A stretch of 64,000 bases of DNA from NCBI GenBank assembly GCA_964016885.1, contig OZ024740.1, forward strand, positions 436,046,001 to 436,110,000, in the 5' to 3' direction. Made by a program: the position numbers and the translations under genes. Of this stretch, positions 57,001 to 64,000 are shown in pieces (positions within the stretch are counted from its first letter, which is position 1; each line of letters opens with the position of its first letter). The notes below the pieces were generated by a model. It had not been told where the DNA came from and did no database searches. It saw only the letters and a program-made list of their open reading frames with translations. The DNA comes from Eledone cirrhosa. Its lineage: Eukaryota.

Positions 57001-59773
57001 TAGCCAGTATATAAACCTCCCTTATTACTACCTAGCAACCTTAGCCAGTATATAAACCTCCCTTATTACTACCTAGCAACCTTAGCCAGTATATAAACCT
57101 CCCTTATTACTACCTAGCAACCTTAGCCAGTATATAAACCTCCCTTATTACTACCTAGCAACCTTAGCCAGTATATAAACCCCCCTTGTCACTACCTAGC
57201 AACCCTAGCCAGTATATAAACCTCCCTTATTACTACCTAGCAACCCTAGCCAGTATATAAACCTCCCTTATTACTACCTAGCAACCTTAGCCAGTATATA
57301 AACCTCCCTTGTCACTACCTAGAACCCTAGCCAGTATATAAACCTCCCTTATTACTACCTAGCAACCTTAGCCAGTATATAAACCCCCCTTGTCACTACC
57401 TAGCAACCCTAGCCAGTATATAAACCTCCCTTATTACTACCTAGCAACCCTAGCCAGTATATAAACCTCCCTTATTACTACCTAGCAACCTTAGCCAGTA
57501 TATAAACCCCCCTTGTCACTACCTAGAACCCTAGCCAGTATATAAACCTCCCTTATTACTACCTAGCAACCCTAGCCAGTATATAAACCTCCCTTATTAC
57601 TACCTAGCAACCCTAGCCAGTATATAAACCTCCCTTATCCCTACCTAGCAACCCTAGCCAGTATATAAACCTCTCTTATTACTACCTAGCAACCTTAGCC
57701 AGTATATAAACCTCCCTTATCACTACCTAGCAACCTCAGCCAGTATATAAACCTCCCTTATCACTACCTAGCAACCTTAGCCAGTATATAAACCTCCCTT
57801 ATCACTACCTAGCAACCCTAGCCAGTATATAAACCTCCCTTATTACTACCTAGCAACCTTAGCCAGTATATAAACCTCTCTTATCACTACCTAGCAACCT
57901 CAGCCAGTATATAAACCTCCCTCATCACTACCTAGCAACCTTAGCCAGTATATAAACCTCTCTTATCACTACCTAGCAACCTCAGCCAGTATATAAACCT
58001 CCCTTATCACTACCTAGCAACCCTAGCCAGTATATAAACCTCCCTTAACACTACCTATCAACCTTAGCCAGTATATAAACCTCCCTTATCACTACCTAGC
58101 AACCCTAGCCAGTATATAAACCTCCCTTATTACTACCTAGCAACCTCAGCCAGTATATAAACCTCCCTTATCACTACCTAGCAACCCTAGCCAGTATATA
58201 AACCTCCCTTATTACTACCTAGCAACCTCAGCCAGTATATAAACCTCCCTTATCACTACCTAGCAACCCTAGCCAGTATATAAACCTCCCTTAACACTAC
58301 CTAGCAACCTTAGCCAGTATATAAACCTCCCTTATCACTACCTAGCAACCCTAGCCAGTATATAAACCTCCCTTATTACTACCTAGCAACCTCAGCCAGT
58401 ATATAAACCTCCCTTATCACTACCTAGCAACCCTAGCCAGTATATAAACCTCCCTTATCACTACCTAGCAACCTCAGCCAGTATATAAACCTCTCTTATC
58501 ACTACCTAGCAACCTCAGCCAGTATATAAACCTCCCTTATCACTACCTAGCAACCTTAGCCAGTATATAAACCTCCCTTATCCCTACCTAGCAACCCTAG
58601 CCAGTATATAAACCTCCCTTATTACTACCTAGCAACCTCAGCCAGTATATAAACCTCCCTTATCACTACCTAGCAACCCTAGCCAGTATATAAACCTCCC
58701 TTATTACTACCTAGCAACCTCAGCCAGTATATAAACCTCCCTTATCCCTACCTAGCAACCCTAGCCAGTATATAAACCTCCCTTATCCCTACCTAGCAAC
58801 CCTAGCCAGTATATAAACCTCCCTTATCACTACCTAGCAACCTCAGCCAGTATATAAACCTCCCTTATTACTACCTAGCAACCCTAGCCAGTATATAAAC
58901 CTCCCTTATTACTACCTAGCAACCTTAGCCAGTATATAAACCTCCCTTATCACTACCTAGCAACCCTAGCCAGTATATAAACCTCCCTTATTACTACCTA
59001 GCAACCCTAGCCAGTATATAAACCTCCCTTATCACTACCTAGCAACCCTAGCCAGTATATAAACCTCCCTTATCCCTACCTAGCAACCCTAGCCAGTATA
59101 TAAACCTCCCTTATCACTACCTAGCAACCCTAGCCAGTATATAAACCTCCCTTATCACTACCTAGCAACCCTAGCCAGTATATAAACCTCCCTTATCACT
59201 ACCTAGCAACCTTAGCCAGTATATAAACCTCCCTTATCACTACCTAGTAACCCTAGCCAGTATATAAACCTCCCTTATCACTACCTAGCAACCTTAGCCA
59301 GTATATAAACCTCCCTTATCACTACCTAGCAACCTTAGCCAGTATATAAACCTCCCTTATCACTACCTAGCAACCTTAGCCAGTATATAAACCTCCCTTA
59401 TCACTACCTAGTAACCCTAGCCAGTATATAAACCTCCCTTATCACTACCTAGCAACCCTAGCCAGTATATAAACCTCCCTTATCACTACCTAGCAACCTT
59501 AGCCAGTATATAAACCTCTCTTATCACTACCTAGTAACCCTAGCCAGTATATAAACATTCCCTTATCACTACCTAGCAACCTTAGCCAGTATATAAACCT
59601 CCCTTATCACTACCTAGCAACCTTAGCCAGTATATAAACCTCCCTTATCACTACCTAGTAACCCTAGCCAGTATATAAACCTCCCTTATCCCTACCTAGC
59701 AACCCTAGCCAGTATATAAACCTCCCTTATCACTACCTAGTAACCCTAGCCAGTATATAAACCTCTCTTATCC
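1..59773. repeat. 41-bp tandem satellite array, ~1,450 copies, open at the left window edge
   Basis: GCCAG recurs at 1, 42, 83 and so on. Consensus GCCAGTATATAAACCTCCCTTATCACTACCTAGCAACCCTA, with recurrent variants (CCC/CTC, TCA/TTA/TCC, CCCTA/CCTTA/CCTCA) and occasional 40- and 42-bp units. Same orientation throughout. Ends abruptly at ...ACCTCTCTTATCC (~59773). Copy number estimated as length/41. Confidence 0.99.
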
Positions 59774-60039
59774 TTAAAACTGATTACATTTCCTCCTCTA
59801 TACAGTTTCAATTAGAAATACTACGCAACACAAAGAACCTACACAGACAGTGTCAAGCTTATACAATAACAATGAATGAGAACACAAGATGTAATAAATG
59901 TTGCAGTAATTACCGGTACTAAAGCCATTTTAGCCAGAAATATACAAAAGATGGAATTTAATTGTTTCACTGTGTTTTTGTTTAACTTCCCGTAACATTT
60001 TAGAGAATGTCTGAAACTGGGTCTGTTAATTTAGATTAT

Positions 60040-60312
60040 CATCATCACCACCACCACCTTCACCATCATCATCACCACCATCATCACCACCACCACCATC
60101 ATCACCACCACCATCATCACCATCATCACCACCACCACCTTCACCATCATCATCACCACCATCATCACCACCACCATCATCACCACCACCATCATCACCA
60201 CCACCATCATCACCACCACCATCACCACCACCACCATCATCACCACCATCATCACCACCACCATCATCACCACCACCATCATCACCACCACTGCCATCAC
60301 CATCATCATCAC
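60040..60312. repeat. Compound (CAC/CAT)n trinucleotide microsatellite, ~91 triplets, intronic
   Basis: Mixed CAT/CAC triplets with two CTT and one TGC interruptions. Ends ~53 bp upstream of the splice acceptor at 60364-60365. Confidence 0.97.
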
Positions 60313-60365
60313 AAACTAACTATAGACTAAACTTTTATTTAATGTATGTTTGTTTTTCTGTTTAG
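60313..60365 (+). promoter_or_regulatory. 3' splice-site region (candidate branch point, T-rich tract, AG)
   Basis: CTAAC at 60316-60320 and CTAAAC nearby, then T-rich TGTTTGTTTTTCTGTTTAG ending at 60365, immediately before the conserved coding sequence. Confidence 0.8.
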
Positions 60366-60491
60366 ATGCCTGAAGAGGAAGCATTTGCCGTGTTGGTAAC
60401 TCTGATGCAGGAATACCGGTTAAGGGAACTGTTTAAACCCAGCATGGCAGAGCTGGGTTTGTGTATGTACCAATTAGAATGTATGATTCAG
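60366..60491 (+). CDS. EVI5: Internal coding exon (phase 0/0, 42 codons) of an EVI5/EVI5-like TBC-domain Rab GTPase-activating protein
   Basis: TTTAG|ATGCCTGAAGAG...ATGATTCAG|GTAAAT. Translates to MPEEEAFAVLVTLMQEYRLRELFKPSMAELGLCMYQLECMIQ, which matches my recollection of the EVI5 TBC segment (MPEEEAF..LMQ.YRLRELFKPSMAELGLCMYQ.ECMIQ). Canonical AG/GT boundaries, length 126, no stop codon. Confidence 0.93.
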
Positions 60492-60572
60492 GTAAATAAA
60501 TGTTGCTTCTGTGTTGTGTCCATGAACGGTAGTCTTTGATGTTTTAGTCAAGTGTGACACATCAAAGAGTGT

Positions 60573-60765
60573 CGATGGAGGTGGATTAGCAGTATCAGTA
60601 GAGGGTCAGATGCCATACTTTGCAGCATAGAGTTACGGCCCTTTGTGGTCTGAGTTCAAATCCCGCCGAGGTTAACTTTGCCTTTCATCCTTACGGGGTC
60701 GATAAAATAGAGTACCAGTAATACACTGGGTAATTACTGGCCTTATGCCAAAAGTAGAAACAATT
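60573..60765 (+). mobile_element. tRNA-derived SINE copy with target-site duplication (resembles the octopus SINE family)
   Basis: Pol III B-box-like GAGTTCAAATCC (~60652-60663), core CGAGGTTAACTTTGCCTTTCATCCTTACGGGGTCGATAAAATAGAGTACCAGT and an AT-rich 3' end. Flanked by the 12-bp direct repeat ATCAAAGAGTGT at 60561-60572 and 60766-60777. Family assignment is from memory, not from a search. Confidence 0.8.
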
Positions 60766-61073
60766 ATCAAAGAGTGTAGAGTGAAATCTGGAGAGCTAAA
60801 GATGTTAGTGGACTTGTTTTGTGGGGACACTCTTACCATGTGACTGTAGGCTCCATCTAATCTTCTTTCCAGTTTTGAAGTAAGGGTCCATCTGAGTAGT
60901 CATACATTAGAACAGAGGTAACAGGTAGGGGAAACATATTGACATACAGGGTTTCTAGGGTATTTTCAAACCTGGTGGAACCCATCTCCTCTCCAGGTCT
61001 GAATACAGCAGATTTCATCAAGAGGAGGGTAAAGAGAGTGACAGAAGGGAAGTGAGAAAGAGATATAGAGGAA

Positions 61074-61263
61074 GAATTGACCCCAGTACTTGACTGGTAC
61101 TGTTTTTATTAACTTTGAATGGATAAAAGACAAAGTTGACCTCAACTGGATTTGAACTCAGAGAGCAGAAAGCTGAAACAAATACCACAAACTATTCTAT
61201 CCAATGATCTGCCAACAAATACCACAAACTATTCTATCCAATGATCTGCCAATTTGCCACCTT
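61074..61263 (-). mobile_element. Second, more degenerate copy of the same SINE family, inverted and apparently 3'-truncated
   Basis: Reverse complement of 61075-61162 reads TCTGAGTTCAAATCCAGTTGAGGTCAACTTTGTCTTTTATCCATTCAAAGTTAATAAAAACAGTACCAGTCAAGTACTGGGGTCAATT, which aligns with 60649-60734. The 5' head AAGGTGGCAAATTGGCAGA lies at 61263-61245. Confidence 0.75.
61177..61250. repeat. Perfect 2 x 37-bp tandem duplication inside the second SINE
   Basis: AACAAATACCACAAACTATTCTATCCAATGATCTGCC at 61177-61213 and 61214-61250. Confidence 0.95.
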
Positions 61264-61650
61264 ACTATTTTGTATTAAATAAAATCCATAAGTAGACAAA
61301 AGTGCCTGAAAGTTCTCATGTCAAATATGTAAACATGTCAGAAAAGCCACAAAGAGGAGTTAAAATGTGAAGTTTGAATTTGACTGATTTTTATATCCAT
61401 TACTTTTTGGATATGAAATGGTTCTAACAAATGGTGGACATCAGAATATAGAAATATATGATGTTGTGGATTAGGGCCAGTATAGAAACAATCCTGTGTT
61501 GTTTGAAGTCATTAATGTTGAATGTTACTTGCTGCAAGAGACTCAATGTTACATACAACAGAATATTATACTTGACATATAACATCTCCTGGAGATATCA
61601 TCTAACAAACAAATCTCTGTATGGATACCTGACTCTCATCTCTAATGTTG

Positions 61651-64000
61651 TGAGGTGGTCAGTCAATATGTCTCGTTACACCCAAAGATGAGGTGGTCAG
61701 TCAATATGTCTCGTTACACCCAAAGATGAGGTGGTCAGTCAATGTCCCGTTACACCCAAAGATGAGGTGGTCAGTCAATATGTCTCGTTACACCCAAAGA
61801 TGAGGTGGTCAGTCAATATGTCTCGTTACACCCAAAGATGAGGTGATCAGTCAATTTGTCTCGTTACACCCAAAGATGAGGTGGTCAGTGAATGTCTCGT
61901 TACACCCAAAGATGAGGTGGTCAGTCAATATGTCTCGTTACACCCAAAGATGAGGTGGTCAGTCAATATGTCTCGTTACACCCAAAGATGAGGTGGTCAG
62001 TGAATGTCTCGTTACACCCAAAGATGAGGTGGTCAGTCAATATGTCTCGTTACACCCAAAGATGAGGTGGTCAGTGAATGTCTCGTTACACCCAAAGATG
62101 AGGTGGTCAGTCAATGTCTCGTTACACCCAAAGATGAGGTGGTCAGTGAATGTCTCGTTACACCCAAAGATGAGGTGATCAGTCAATATGTCTCGTTACA
62201 CCCAAAGATGAGGTGGTCAGTGAATGTCTCGTTACACCCAAAGATGAGATGGTCAGTCGACTCTTTACACCCGCACATGAGGTGGTCAGTCAATGTCTCG
62301 TTACACCCAAAGATGAGGTTGTCAGCCAATTTGTGTCTTTACACCCAAAGATGAGGTGGTCAGTCAACTCGTTCCACCCAAACATGAGGTGGTCAGTCAA
62401 CTCGTTACAATCAAAGATGAGGTGGTCAGTCAACTCGTTACACCCAAAGATGAGGTGGTCAGTCGACTCTTTACACCCAAAGATGAGGTGATCAGTCAAC
62501 TCGTTACACCCAAAGATGAGGTGATCAGTCAACTCGTTACACCCAAAGATGAGGTGGTCAGTCGACTCTTTACACCCAAACATGAGGTGGTCAGTCAACT
62601 CGTTACAATCAAAGATGAGGTGGTCAGTCAACTCGTTACACCCAAAGATGAGGTGGTCAGTCGACTCTTTACACCCAAAGATGAGGTGATCAGTCAACTC
62701 GTTACACCCAAAGATGAGGTGATCAGTCAACTCGTTACACCCAAAGATGAGGTGATCAGTCAACTCGTTACACCCAAAGATGAGGTGGTCAGTCAACTCG
62801 TTACACCCAAAGATGAGGTGGTCAGTCGACTCTTTACACCCAAAGATGAGGTGGTCAGTCGACTCTTTACACCCAAAGATGAGGTGGTCAGTCAACTCGT
62901 TACACCCAAAGATGAGGTGGTCAGTCGACTCTTTACACCCAAAGATGAGGTGGTCAGTCAACTCGTTACACCCAAAGATGAGGTGGTCAGTCAACTCGTT
63001 ACACCCAAAGATGAGGTGGTCAGTCGACTCTTTACACCCAAAGATGAGGTGGTCAGTCGACTCTTTACACCCAAAGATGAGGTGGTCAGTTGACTCTTTA
63101 CACCCAAAGATGAGGTGGTCAGTCGACTCTTTACACCCAAAGATGAGGTGGTCAGTTGACTCTTTACACCCAAAGATGAGGTGGTCAGTCAACTCGTTAC
63201 ACCCAAACATGAGGTGATCAGTCAACTCGTTACACCCAAAGATGAGGTGGTCAGTCGACTCTTTACACCCAAAGATGAGGTGATCAGTCAACTCGTTACA
63301 CCGAAACATGAGGTGGTCAGTCGACTCGTTACACCCAAAGATGAGGTGGTCAGTCGACTCGTTACACCCAAAGATGAGGTGGTCAGTCGACTCGTTACAC
63401 CCAAAGATGAGGTGGTCAGTCAACTCGTTACACCCAAAGATGAGGTGGTCAGTCGACTCTTTACACCCAAAGATGAGGTGGTCAGTCGACTCTTTACACC
63501 CAAAGATGAGGTGGTCAGTCAACTCATTACACCCAAAGATGAGGTGGTCAGTCAACTCGTTACACCCAAAGATGAGGTGATCAGTCAACTCGTTACACCC
63601 AAAGATGAGGTGGTCAGTCGACTCTTTACACCCAAAGATGAGGTGGTCAGTCGACTCTTTACACCCAAAGATGAGGTGATCAGTCAACTCGTTACACCCA
63701 AAGATGAGGTGGTCAGTCGACTCTTTACACCCAAAGATGAGGTGGTCAGTCGACTCTTTACACCCAAAGATGAGGTGATCAGTCAACTCGTTACACCCAA
63801 AGATGAGGTGGTCAGTCGACTCTTTACACCCAAAGATGAGGTGGTCAGTCAACTCGTTACACCCAAAGATGAGGTGGTCAGTCGACTCTTTACACCCAAA
63901 GATGAGGTGGTCAGTCAACTCTTTACACCCAAAGATGAGGTGGTCAGTCAACTCGTTACACCCAAAGATGAGGTGGTCAGTCGACTCTTTACACCCAAAG
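61651..64000. repeat. 33-38-bp minisatellite array (~70 copies visible), open at the right window edge
   Basis: Units are GATGAGGTGGTCAGTCAATATGTCTCGTTACACCCAAA (38 bp), ...CAGTSAATGTCTCGTTACACCCAAA (36 bp) and, from ~62350, GATGAGGTGGTCAGTCAACTCGTTACACCCAAA / ...GTCGACTCTTTACACCCAAA (33 bp). Confidence 0.98.

Noticed and set aside
1-59773. CRISPR-like array or telomere
   Set aside because: Units are contiguous near-identical copies with no unique spacers and no cas genes, in a spliceosomal-intron context. Telomere-like hexamers are isolated, not tandem.
59780-59922. Acceptor-like site (CTGAT...TTCCTCCTCTATACAG at 59805) with a short open frame FQLEILRNTKNLHRQ...
   Set aside because: The peptide is not EVI5-like, reaches a stop, and has no convincing donor. 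It is not an AG|GT recursive site. At most a cryptic acceptor.
60007-60330. Poly-His ORF (+) and poly-Met/Val ORF (-)
   Set aside because: Both are translations of the CAC/CAT microsatellite, lying in the intron just upstream of a real splice acceptor.
60600-60680. tRNA gene suggested by GTTCAAATCCC
   Set aside because: No complete cloverleaf. The motif is the B box of a SINE bounded by a target-site duplication.
61021-61074. Purine-rich (GA) tract
   Set aside because: Short low-complexity sequence with no further support for function.
61458-61691. 77-aa ORF
   Set aside because: AT-rich intronic sequence running into the minisatellite. No similarity to the expected next EVI5 exon or any protein I recognise.
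61993-63951. Repetitive ORFs including the 553-aa (TDHLIFGCKES)n on the minus strand
   Set aside because: A 33-bp unit (multiple of 3) leaves several frames open on both strands. The frame breaks where units become 38 bp, there is no unique domain, and the Cys/His spacing is not a recognisable zinc finger.

Overview
Eukaryotic (animal) genomic DNA, about 97% tandem repeat. Positions 1 to ~59773 are one uninterrupted 41-bp satellite array (consensus GCCAGTATATAAACCTCCCTTATCACTACCTAGCAACCCTA, roughly 1,450 copies), built from nested kb-scale duplications. A ~1.9-kb unique island follows. It holds a (CAC/CAT)n microsatellite, one 126-bp internal coding exon of an EVI5/EVI5L-type TBC Rab-GAP gene (60366-60491, + strand, missed by the ORF track), and two oppositely oriented tRNA-type SINE copies that resemble the abundant octopus SINE as I recall it. 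A second minisatellite (unit shrinking 38->36->33 bp) runs from ~61651 to the window end. All ORFs in the supplied track are repeat or intron artefacts. The best-supported point of interest is a conserved exon flanked by satellite-filled introns, implying an upstream intron of at least 60 kb. I see no evidence of CRISPR, prokaryotic genes or a novel protein-coding system.
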